Shown in pieces: positions 17,172 to 27,500 of a stretch of DNA of 34,936 nt. The notes below the pieces were generated by a model, which was given only the letters and a program-made list of their open reading frames with translations, did not search any database and had not been told where the DNA came from. Within the stretch, counting starts at the first letter, position 1, and each line of letters begins with the position of its first letter. A program made the position numbers and the translations under genes. This DNA is from Marinifilum sp. (GTDB lineage: Bacteria; Bacteroidota; Bacteroidia; Bacteroidales; Marinifilaceae), in NCBI GenBank assembly GCA_025210415.1, contig JAOARS010000210.1, forward strand, positions 1 through 34,936, read 5' to 3'.

Positions 17172-19610
17172 ATGTTTAAAAATTTTCTGATTACAATTAT
17201 TCGAAATTTTAATCGAAATAAGTTTTATACAGTTCTTAATGTAATAGGATTGTCTGTGGGATTGATATGCGCAATTTTAATAGTGCTATTCATACAAGAG
17301 GAGTTGTCCTACGATAAATACAATGTAAAGCACAAAAGAATAATAAGGTTGGCATCCGATTTTACCTTAAATGGAAAACGCGATAAAATTGCAACATCTC
17401 CAATGCCATTTGGGCCAACTTTTAAACAGGAATTTCCTGAAGTGGAAGAGTTTGTTCGTATTCAGGGATCAGGAAGACAGCAATTTAAATATAAGGACAA
17501 GGAGTTTTATGAAGAAAAAATTTCGTATGTAGATTCGAGTGTATTTAGGGTTTTTAGTTATAAATTATTGCAAGGAGATCCTGATAAAGCACTTACTGAG
17601 CCTTATACCATTGTGTTGAATCAAACTTTGGCAAAAAAATATTTTGGTGATGAAGATCCAATTGGTAAAATTTTAATTGTTGGTGAAAACAGATCTTTCA
17701 CGGTTACCGGAGTAATGGAAGATATTCCGGGTAACAGCCATTTCAGATTTCGTGGTTTTTATTCTATGAAAACACTGGAGGTTTTGCGAGGGCCTGAAAA
17801 GTTTAACAGCACAGAACCAATTACTTTTTGGAGTTTTAACAACTATACATTTTTACTGTTAAAAAAGAATACAAGCAAAGAAGTAATAGAATCTAAATTT
17901 CCTTTGTATTACGAAAAGTACATGAAATCGTTAGGAGATCAATTAGGAGTAGAATATAATCTAATTGTTCAAAACCTTGCTGATATTCATTTAAAATCGG
18001 ACTTACAATGGGATTCTCCAACAGGAAATATTAAATACATATTTATATTATCGGTCATAGCCTTTTTTATTTTATCAATTGCTGGTATAAATTATATGAA
18101 TATGGCTACAGCACGCTCTACTAAGCGTGCAAGAGAAGTTGGAGTCAGAAAAGTAGTCGGAGCTCATCGCGATACATTAATTCGCCAGTTTCTGATGGAG
18201 AGTTTATCTCTTACCATATTGGCATTATTAATAGCCATTATTGTAGTTGAGTTAATATTGCCATTTTTTAATTCTTTAGTTGATAAAGATTTGGTGTTAA
18301 CAACATCGGAAACGCCGGAAATATTAATATTTAGTATTGTGTTGGCTTTAATATTGGGAGTGGTGGCAGGTAGCTACCCTGCGTTTTATTTATCTTCTTT
18401 TCATCCGGCGGTTATATTAAAAGGATCTACAATAAAGGGTAAGGCAGGTGGATTGCTAAGAAAATTCCTGGTTATTTCGCAATTTACCGTATCAGCCATA
18501 ATGATAAGCGGAACCATAATTGTTGGGATTCAACTGAATTACATGAACAACAAGGATATGGGATTTAGCAAAGAGGATGTTCTGGTTAGTATCGTGAGAG
18601 ATTCATTGGTACGAACAAGAATAGAACCTTTAAAGGATGAACTAAAGAAAAACCCAAATATCAATTCTGTAGCAACATCCAATAATTTAATAGGATTTGA
18701 TGGATCGAAAACCGTGCATTTATTCGAGGGTGAAGAAGGAATGGAGCAATATGCCCTTAATTTTAGTGTGATTGACTTTGATTACCTGGATATGATGCAA
18801 ATGAAAATTATGCAAGGAAGAAATTTTGATAGAAAAATTGCTTCGGATACAAGTAATGCATTTATTGTGAATCAGGCAGCAGCAAGAAAGTTTAATTGGA
18901 ACGAAAATGCAGTGGGCAAAAAATTGCAGTTAGGTGTTGAATTGGAAGGTGAAGAAGATGATGACAGAATCATGAAAGGTGAGGTGATTGGTGTAGTAGC
19001 AGATTTTCATTACCGTCCGTTGCGCGAAAATATCGAGCCAATTAACTTTTTGGTTAGCGAAGGTGCAGATTTTAGAAAAGTAATGTACGTAAAATTGAAT
19101 CAGGAAAATCGTGAAGAAACTATAAAATATATCAAGAAGGTTTGGAATGAATTTAGCCCTAAAATGTCTTTTAATTATTTCTTTTTAGACGAAAAGCTAA
19201 GAGAAAATTACGATTCTGAAGTTAGGTTAACCTGGATTTTCTCAATTTTTTCTTTGTTAAGTATCCTGATTGCATCACTTGGTTTATTTGGTTTGTCATC
19301 CTTTATGGCTGAACAGAGAACCAAAGAGTTGGGAGTACGAAAAGTGTTAGGAGCTTCTGTAAATCAATTGGTACAACTTTTAACAAAAGAGTTTGTTCGA
19401 TTAATTTTAATAGCCAATGTTGTTGCCATTCCAATAGCATATTGGGCAATGAATGTTTGGTTAAACGACTTCTCTTATCGCATTCAGATTAGTTGGTGGA
19501 TTTTCCTTCTTACACTTCTGGTTTCTTTGGTGATAGGAATATTTACCGTCTCGTGGCAATCGTACAGAGCTGCTTCTGCCGATCCTGTAAATGCAATAAA
19601 GTATGAATAA
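17172..19610 (+). CDS. MacB/FtsX-type ABC transporter permease (second paralog)
   Basis: LNVIGLSVG, INYMNMATARSTKRAREVGVRKVVGA, AGSYPAF, LGLFGLSSFMAEQRTKELGVRKVLGAS, C-terminal DPVNAIKYE. Confidence 0.93.
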   Translation: MFKNFLITIIRNFNRNKFYTVLNVIGLSVGLICAILIVLFIQEELSYDKYNVKHKRIIRLASDFTLNGKRDKIATSPMPFGPTFKQEFPEVEEFVRIQGSGRQQFKYKDKEFYEEKISYVDSSVFRVFSYKLLQGDPDKALTEPYTIVLNQTLAKKYFGDEDPIGKILIVGENRSFTVTGVMEDIPGNSHFRFRGFYSMKTLEVLRGPEKFNSTEPITFWSFNNYTFLLLKKNTSKEVIESKFPLYYEKYMKSLGDQLGVEYNLIVQNLADIHLKSDLQWDSPTGNIKYIFILSVIAFFILSIAGINYMNMATARSTKRAREVGVRKVVGAHRDTLIRQFLMESLSLTILALLIAIIVVELILPFFNSLVDKDLVLTTSETPEILIFSIVLALILGVVAGSYPAFYLSSFHPAVILKGSTIKGKAGGLLRKFLVISQFTVSAIMISGTIIVGIQLNYMNNKDMGFSKEDVLVSIVRDSLVRTRIEPLKDELKKNPNINSVATSNNLIGFDGSKTVHLFEGEEGMEQYALNFSVIDFDYLDMMQMKIMQGRNFDRKIASDTSNAFIVNQAAARKFNWNENAVGKKLQLGVELEGEEDDDRIMKGEVIGVVADFHYRPLRENIEPINFLVSEGADFRKVMYVKLNQENREETIKYIKKVWNEFSPKMSFNYFFLDEKLRENYDSEVRLTWIFSIFSLLSILIASLGLFGLSSFMAEQRTKELGVRKVLGASVNQLVQLLTKEFVRLILIANVVAIPIAYWAMNVWLNDFSYRIQISWWIFLLTLLVSLVIGIFTVSWQSYRAASADPVNAIKYE

Positions 19611-19638
19611 CAACAATTAATCTAAAACCTGAATAGCT

Positions 19639-19929
19639 ATGAGAGAAATTTGTGTACCTATTCCATTTACCGATGATGATCAGGTAGCGGAAGTTGAAAT
19701 AAAATTTGAAAATAGAAAAGTTAGTGTTCAATATCGATTGGAATCATTTGTGTGGGATGTAAGTGATGATCCTGACTTTAATTCTGAGGATGGGATTACG
19801 GAAGATTTGATGAAAATATATAAGCTTAAAAAATCAATTGCAGAATACGATCCTGCCTGGGAATTGATACAAATTTTCACACCTGCCAAGAACTCTAAGT
19901 ATATTCAGATTTTATTCCGAAAAAAATAA
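19639..19929 (+). CDS. Hypothetical protein (96 aa, acidic, no signal peptide)
   Basis: ATG 28 nt after the permease stop, same strand, protein-like composition, fills the intergenic gap. Confidence 0.75.
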   Translation: MREICVPIPFTDDDQVAEVEIKFENRKVSVQYRLESFVWDVSDDPDFNSEDGITEDLMKIYKLKKSIAEYDPAWELIQIFTPAKNSKYIQILFRKK

Positions 19930-19942
19930 TTTTATTTGCGCT

Positions 19943-19969
19943 TGTAACTAAATTGAGTTTTGTTCGTCT
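19943..19969 (+). promoter_or_regulatory. ECF sigma factor-type promoter
   Basis: TGTAAC (19943-19948), 16 nt, CGTCT (19965-19969), 34 nt before ATG 20004; fits the AAC/CGT ECF consensus. Confidence 0.6.
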
Positions 19970-20003
19970 TACAGGCGATTCAGAACAATAAATAAAACGC
20001 AAA

Positions 20004-21248
20004 ATGGAATATCTTACGAAGATCGTATTGTTTTTTACGTTGTTTTTCAGTTTACTTTTAAGTGCCTTAGGCATAAAAGCACAAACATATCCTTGTTATT
20101 TATACGGATCAATAACAACTGTTGATGGAGATGTTTACAAAGGACCAATTCGTTGGAATGATGAAGAGGTATTTCTTACTGATGTATTTAATTCTGAGAA
20201 AATTGAAAATCCATATTTGAAATACATAGAACAGGAAAAGCCGAAACGTATAGAGTATAAACGCAGAAGAAGAACATCGTGGTATCGGTTTGAATATTCC
20301 GATGAACAGAGAAACAATCTTTATAGCAGGAAATTTGAATGTCGATTTGGTGACATTAACTCTATTTCTGTTACTGGCCAAGAAACTGTAAATCTGGAGC
20401 TAAAAACAGGGAAATTTATTAACCTTTCGGGAGGCTCTAATGATGTTGGAAATCAAGTTTGGATATTAGATCATGAGTTGGGTTTGCTTAAAATTGATTG
20501 GAACAGAATTGATGTTGTTAATTTTTTCAGGCCAGAGGATGAAGTTACTGAAAATTTTGGCGATCCTATTTATGGAAAAATTACTACTACAATTGGAGAG
20601 TTTACTGGTTTTATCCAATGGGATCATGATGAACGATTGCTTCAGGATAAACTTGACGGGGTAAGCAGGGATGGAGAAATGGATATTCCGTTTACCAAAA
20701 TCAGCAAAATACAAAAAGAAGAAAATGGTTCGCAAATTAAGCTACAATCAGGACGTAAATTGCTTTTAAAATCTTCTAATGACGTATCTTCTAACAATAG
20801 AGGAATTATAGTTACGATAGCACAAGTTGGAAGAATCGATTTTACATGGAAACATTTTTTGTCACTGGAGATATTGCCTCTTCCCAAAAATATTGAAAGC
20901 TGTTATTCCGAATTTAAAGATTCCGAAAGGTTGTATGGAAAAGTACTTACAAAGGAAGGTAAAACATTTGAAGGGATAATTGTTTATGACTTGGATGAGG
21001 CTATGGATTCAGAAATATTGAATGGTTTAAATGACAAACTTGAATTTTCGGTACCATTCAGAAATGTAAAAAAAATAGTCCCAAAAGCATTTAATTATTG
21101 TTTGGTAGAGTTAAAAAGTGGACAGAATTTGTTTTTAGGCGACCAAACTGATGTTTCTGGTAAAAATGCAGGCATATTAATTTTCACAGGCAATGATAAG
21201 TATGAAATTGTTGAATGGGGTGAACTCAAAGAAATTGAATTCATGTAG
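20004..21248 (+). CDS. Secreted hypothetical protein with three internal repeats
   Basis: Signal peptide ending IKA|Q; repeats starting LYGSITT (aa ~33), IYGKITT (~189) and LYGKVLT (~310). Confidence 0.85.
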   Translation: MEYLTKIVLFFTLFFSLLLSALGIKAQTYPCYLYGSITTVDGDVYKGPIRWNDEEVFLTDVFNSEKIENPYLKYIEQEKPKRIEYKRRRRTSWYRFEYSDEQRNNLYSRKFECRFGDINSISVTGQETVNLELKTGKFINLSGGSNDVGNQVWILDHELGLLKIDWNRIDVVNFFRPEDEVTENFGDPIYGKITTTIGEFTGFIQWDHDERLLQDKLDGVSRDGEMDIPFTKISKIQKEENGSQIKLQSGRKLLLKSSNDVSSNNRGIIVTIAQVGRIDFTWKHFLSLEILPLPKNIESCYSEFKDSERLYGKVLTKEGKTFEGIIVYDLDEAMDSEILNGLNDKLEFSVPFRNVKKIVPKAFNYCLVELKSGQNLFLGDQTDVSGKNAGILIFTGNDKYEIVEWGELKEIEFM

Positions 21249-21302
21249 AATCTTATAAAAATTTACCTTTCAAAAAAAATAGTAATCATTTAGGCATAAT
21301 TG

Positions 21303-21338
21303 AAAAACCTGATCGTATCCGAATATGATCAGGTTTTT
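21303..21338 (+). terminator. Intrinsic terminator after the 414-aa gene
   Basis: AAAAACCTGATCGTAT-CCGA-ATATGATCAGGTTTTT (one G-U pair) followed by GTTTGT. Confidence 0.85.
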
Positions 21339-21405
21339 GTTTGTAAGTTTCTGATTTTGGACAAATTGCTATTGTTTAATTTTTATAAAACAAAAAGAAT
21401 ATTCA

Positions 21406-21413
21406 TAAATTTG
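21406..21413 (+). promoter_or_regulatory. Candidate primary-sigma -7 element upstream of the giant T9SS cargo gene
   Basis: TAAATTTG matches TAnnTTTG, downstream of the terminator. Confidence 0.4.
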
Positions 21414-21485
21414 AGGATATCGCTATAATAGTTTAGCAAATAATACTTGGGTAATAATTAATATGTTGAAATTTTTCCCGAAATT

Positions 21486-21511
21486 TGAAACTTATTTATT
21501 TTTCTCTCGTC
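21486..21511 (+). promoter_or_regulatory. ECF sigma factor-type promoter upstream of the giant T9SS cargo gene
   Basis: TGAAAC (21486-21491), 16 nt, CGTC (21508-21511). Confidence 0.6.
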
Positions 21512-21594
21512 AAAATAAGAAGTTCTTTTATAGAAAAAACAAATGTTTTTATCTAACCCTTTGGTGAGTTTGACTGATTAGAAAACCGATTGTT

Positions 21595-24500
21595 ATGGAA
21601 AAATATGGTACACGTCTACTACTATTAATATTATTACATACTGTTTATATTGCTGCCCAAGCGCGTGATTTTTACTGGATTAGAGGTTCTGGTAACTTTA
21701 ATGATATTAAACATTGGAGTGATCGACCGGGTGGTAGAGTGAATACAGACGCAGCTTTGCCAGGTAAGGATGATAATGTGTTTTTCGACGAACATTCTTT
21801 TCCTGAACCAGGTGCAGAAGTTGTTATTACAACCCCTGCCTATTGTGCAAACATGCATTGGGGGAATGTGAAAAATATGCCTACTCTGAAAACTGATGAT
21901 AACCCTGCAAACTATTTAGTTATACATGGAGGGGTTACATTTAGTAATCAAATGATAATTGATCTGGATAGGCCACTATATTTTAAAGCTAGCACACAAG
22001 GGAATATTATTGATTTTGGAGGGAATACTTTCGATGGAGATTTAATTTTTGAAAACAATGGAGGTTGGAGAATTACTGGTGATTTGAATATTTTGGACAA
22101 TGCTATTCAATTTCAGCAAGGAACATTAAGTATTGAAGCCGAAGTGAATTGTGGTAGAATTATTTCTCAAACTGCTGTATCAAGAGAATTGTATTTAAAT
22201 TCTGCTACCATTAATTTAAATAAACCTGGCAGTTCAGTTTTTGCTTTGCAAACAGATAACCTTACGGTTGATCCCGGAAACTCTACAATCAATATCTTAT
22301 CAGATCAATCTGCTATTGAAGCTTCGGGTGTACAAGAGGTAAATTTTTATGATGTTGTATTTTCAGGAAATTCGGGAGAAATATCAAATACAAGTTTAAG
22401 AGCTAATTTTAATAAGCTAACCTTTCAGAAAAACGGAATTTTAAGCGGACAGAATGATTTTCAGGAACTAATATTTAGTGAAGGATATTCGTATACATTA
22501 AATAATGGAGTGCAAAAAGTTCATGTTTTGTTTTCTGCGCTAGGACAATGTTACGCTTACATAAGCATTACCGGAGGTGGAGCAGGTGGTTTTATTTCAG
22601 CAGAAAGTGTTGCATTAGATTACCTGAAAATAAGAAATGTTACTGCCAATGGTGCTGCAGTACCTTTTGCAGCTAATAACTCTTATGATTTAGGAACAAA
22701 TCCAGGATGGAATTTTATTGCACCCAATACCGATGATTATACCTGGGATGGTGGTGGAGGTGACAACAAATGGGGAAATCATGCAAACTGGGATAAAGAC
22801 TGTGTACCCTCACGAAATAACAATGCCATTATTCCTGATGGATTTACTGTAGAAATTGATATTCCAGCAGAATGTAAGAAACTTGAAATTCAGGGAACAT
22901 CTACTCTTGGCGGAAGTAATAAGCTTGATATTTATGCATCATTAAATGCAACAAGTGCAACATGGACATTCGATGGAGAAGTTACTTTTAATGGAACGGG
23001 AACAAATGTTATATCAATAAATGCAACTCTGGCAGGGGCGGTTAACATTGATGCGTCAGGTACATATACTTTAGCCGAAAATTTAGATATCGATAATGTT
23101 TTGAATTTGAACTCGGGCACATTAAATGCAAACAATTTTACAATTGATGCTGATCGATTTGTATCGAATTCAGGATCATTTAGAAAATTAGATATCACAA
23201 ATGCAAATATTAACATTCATGCCGGTACATTAAAAGCCTGGCATGTTGAAGGGAGTGGATTTGACTTTGAAGGTGGCGGTTCGAAAATTACACTTTTGCA
23301 AAGTGGAGCCGAATTTTACAATAACAATTCCGATGGTATCGAATATGAATCTGTTTTATTTAATCCGCAGGACAATCAAGTCTTCTTAACCAATGAAAAC
23401 GCTTCGGATTATCCTGAATTTAAAGATTTGAGATTTAATGGGAGTGCAAAAATATCAGGGAATCATCAATTTAATGTGATTCTTGCTGCAGGTAAGGAGT
23501 ATTTATTTCAGGCAGGAAGCACTCAGAAAATCTTAGATATAGATGGATTTAATGCAGTAGGTTCTTGTTCTGAAAACATATCCCTTAAAGGTGATGGTGG
23601 TATTGCCTATTTAGATTGCGATGTAAATTCATCTAATATCCTTCGTCTTCGAATAGAAGATTTGAATGTAACTGGCGGCATGGCTGGAATTTTAAAAGCG
23701 AATGAATCTGTTGGAGTTTCAGGTTACGATGGTTGGGTTTTCCCTAACGATTTGGTTGGTGGCGATGTTTATTGGACTGGTAAAGTTAACAGTAGTTGGT
23801 TTGAAGCAGACAATTGGAGTACAAACTGTATTCCTACCAGAAAAGACAATGTGTTTTTTGAAGATGCAAAAGTAACAGGTAGTTATGATGTGAATATTCT
23901 GGCAAAAGGAAAAATTGCGGAATGTAACAACATGACCTGGAATGCAGCTACTAATATGGCCTTTTCAGGTGATCAATCAATAAATATCTTCGGGAGTCTT
24001 GATATGTCTGGAATGATGACAGGAAAGAATTCATTCTCGGGTGATATAAATTTTAAAGCTGAAACTGCACAAACAATAAATATTGGCGTTGTAAACTTGA
24101 TTAGTAATTTAAACTTTGTTGGAAATCAGCAAGATGATGATACTTGGGAATCAGGCCCATGGTCGATTGATTCTGATTTAACCACTACAGGAAATATAAA
24201 TCTGGAACGGGGAACTCTTTCAACAAATAATTATAATGTTGAAGCCAAAGAGTTTTACTCCAATTATGGTACCGATAATATTCGTTCTTTGAATTTAGGT
24301 TCTACTACGCTTCGCCTTGAGAAATTAGAAGTTTCAGCAGAAGCTTTTACACTATTATCCGGCACTTCTGAAATTCAGATGGCTGTAGCAGGTGAGTTTA
24401 TTGTTTCGAAAGGTGATAAAGTGTTAGAATTTTATGATCTAACATTCGAAGAAAGTACAGGAAATGCTTATGTAGATATTCATGAAGACAATGTAAGTTT

Positions 24501-27500
24501 TAATGCCATGATATTCAATGGGAATACTTATTTCCGTAAACCAACTCCTTCAAAAAAGAGCTTTACGGCAAAGAGTATTCAAATGGCAGTTGGTAAAACA
24601 TATGTGTTTGAAAGTGGTCAGGAGTTTGAATTCGAAAATGTAATTGCCAATGGAGCTTGTGAAGGAACAATCGATATTTCAGGTTCCGATTCCGACGCAG
24701 CAATATTTCGGGCTAAATCTGGTATAAAAAATATTGAAATCAACTCAGTAAATCTATTAAATGTTCATGCTAAACCTGCTGATGTATTTGTTGCAAAATC
24801 ATCGTTAGATCTTGGTAATACAACAGGATGGAAATTCGAGAACGAACCTGCGGGCAGAGATTTATATTGGGTTGGCGGAGAAGGTTATTGGGATGATCCA
24901 AACCATTGGGCAACTTCATCTGGTGCGAAAAAATCTGGAGGAGTTGCAGATGGTTGTGTACCAACAGCTAAGGATAACGTTTATTTCGATGCAAATTCTT
25001 TCGACGGATTTGATCAGAACGTGTATACTGGTGCTGGAGATATTCGCTGTAGAACAATGGATTGGACAGGATCTGAAACAGCTCGTCCTAATTTCGTAAT
25101 GGGAGATACTGATATTTCGGGTGTATATATTTACGGTTCATTTATTCTGAATGATCAACTTGATATAGATTTATCGCCAATGGTTAATTTCTACTTTAGG
25201 GCAACGGAAGCACAAAGCATAAATACATTTGGATATGTATTCCCGAATGTGGTTGAATTCGATGGAAAAGATGGTATATGGACAATGGCTTCTGATTTTC
25301 AAACTGAAGGAGATTTGTTTATTCGTCATGGTAAATTAATTGCGAACGGACATTTATTGGAGTGTAAAAGCTTAACTTCAATTGACAATCCATCTGGAAT
25401 AAACTCCAGAGGATTAGATCTGACAAATTCCAATTTGATAATAAATGGAAGCGAAGATGTATCTGGTAGATCTTTATATATCAACCTGGCTGATGAATCA
25501 TATGATCAAGGATTTGAATTCATTTCAGATAATAGTACAATTCGATTTAAAGACATTTCTGATTTCATATTACTTGGTACCTCTTTACATACTATCCGGT
25601 TTAACAATCTGGTATTTGAAAAAGGTGGAAAATTCGATAGTGGATTTGCAAACCTGGATGTTTATGCTACTCATTTATTATTTGAAGGAGATGGTATAAT
25701 TAACGGAAAGAAAAATTCATTTGGAACACTTGAATTAACTAGAGGTTTCGAATATAAACTTGAATACAAACAAACAATTACAACCGATAATTTAATTGTT
25801 GAAGGTAGTTGCTTTGCGCCAATTTATTTACATTCTACAAAAAGTGGAGTTGGGAATGAAACATTTATTGCTGCAAAGAATAATGTAAAAGGTAACTTTC
25901 TGCAATTGGAAGATATTCATGCTGATGTTTCAGGTGGAATAACCTATACTGCAAGCAATTCATTCGACTTGGGAAACACAAATGGTTGGACAATTGATGG
26001 AGCAATTGCACCCATTGCATTGTATTGGACAGGAAATGGAGCCGATGATGATTGGAACAATCATGAAAACTGGAGTAGAGCTGCCGATGGTAGCGAAGAA
26101 GGTTGTGTACCAACGCTTAACGATGATGTTTTCTTTACATCAAACTCATTTTTTGGTAGTAAGTTAGTAAAACTTACAAGTGATGCGAAGTGTCATAGCA
26201 TGACATGGAATGATGATATTGATCCGGATGCTAACTTTTTGGTTACTGCGAAATTGCAAATGGGTGGTTCAATGGATCTTACCGAAAACATGTCTTTGAA
26301 TATGCGAGGAACTTTTGAGTTTGTTGGCGATGGATTAGCAGGTAATAAAACCGTTGATTTTGCTAACAAAACAATGGACGGAGATATTCGATTTATTGGA
26401 GCAGGCCAAACATGGGTTTGGCAAAGTGGTTTTATTACTTCCGGAAATTTAGATATTGACGAAGGTTCAGTTTCGACTCAGACAAATGATTTTACTGTAA
26501 ATAAATTTAGCTCTTTATCATTGCATAATTTTGATGCAGTTCGTTCATTCGATATGTCAAACTCATTGGTAACAGTAAGTTCTGGTGCACCTACAGGTTG
26601 GAATATGAAGATGAATACAACCGGAGGGTTAACTTTTACAAGTACCGATTCTAAAATTATTTTTGAAAATGGTGGTGGAATTTATTGTGAAACCGATGAA
26701 GATGTTCACTTTGGCGATGTAGATTTTATAAAAAACGGAACTATCAAACTACTAAGCGCAGTTGATAAGGAACATGGGTACTTTGGATCTGTTGCATTTT
26801 TTGAACAAGGCCAGGTTTTTGGTAATAATGATTTTTCAAACCTTGAGTTTACTCTTGGATATGATAAAAATTCCATTGAGTCAGGAAAAACAGTAACTGT
26901 TGTAAATGATTTAAAAATGGAAGGCGTTCGCTGTTCGTACGTTTTCCTAAGTTCAAGCAATCCTGGAGTTCCGGCTAAACTTCATAAACCTTCTGGTGTT
27001 TACAGATTTATTTATAATGCTTCATTAACAGATATTCAAGGATCTTCTGGTTCCGGTTCAGATCACCCGGTTCGTTACAAGTATGAAAATAATTCTAGTA
27101 CAGGATTTTATGAGTTGACAGAAGATACTGATGGAGATGGAACTGATGATACGGATCCACCTTCGTTTGATGAAAGTTTCGACAGACAAGAATGGTGTAG
27201 TGATGTTGCAGTTATTGATAATGTTGAAAGATTTCCGATAAACAGCTTAACAACTTTCCAATGGCACTATAGTAAGGATGGTACAACAGGTTCGTATACA
27301 GAATTGCCTGGAGAAACCAATGCTGTAATCCAAGTATCCAATAGTGGATTTTATAAAGTTGAAGTTATTTATGAATTAAATACCGGATCAGGAATTGATT
27401 GTAAAATTGAAGCAGTAGTTGAAGTTTTGTTGGGAGAGGTTTCAAAAGTTTCATTGGAAATTACTGCTAACAATGTGAAATGCTTTGGAGAAAATAGTGG

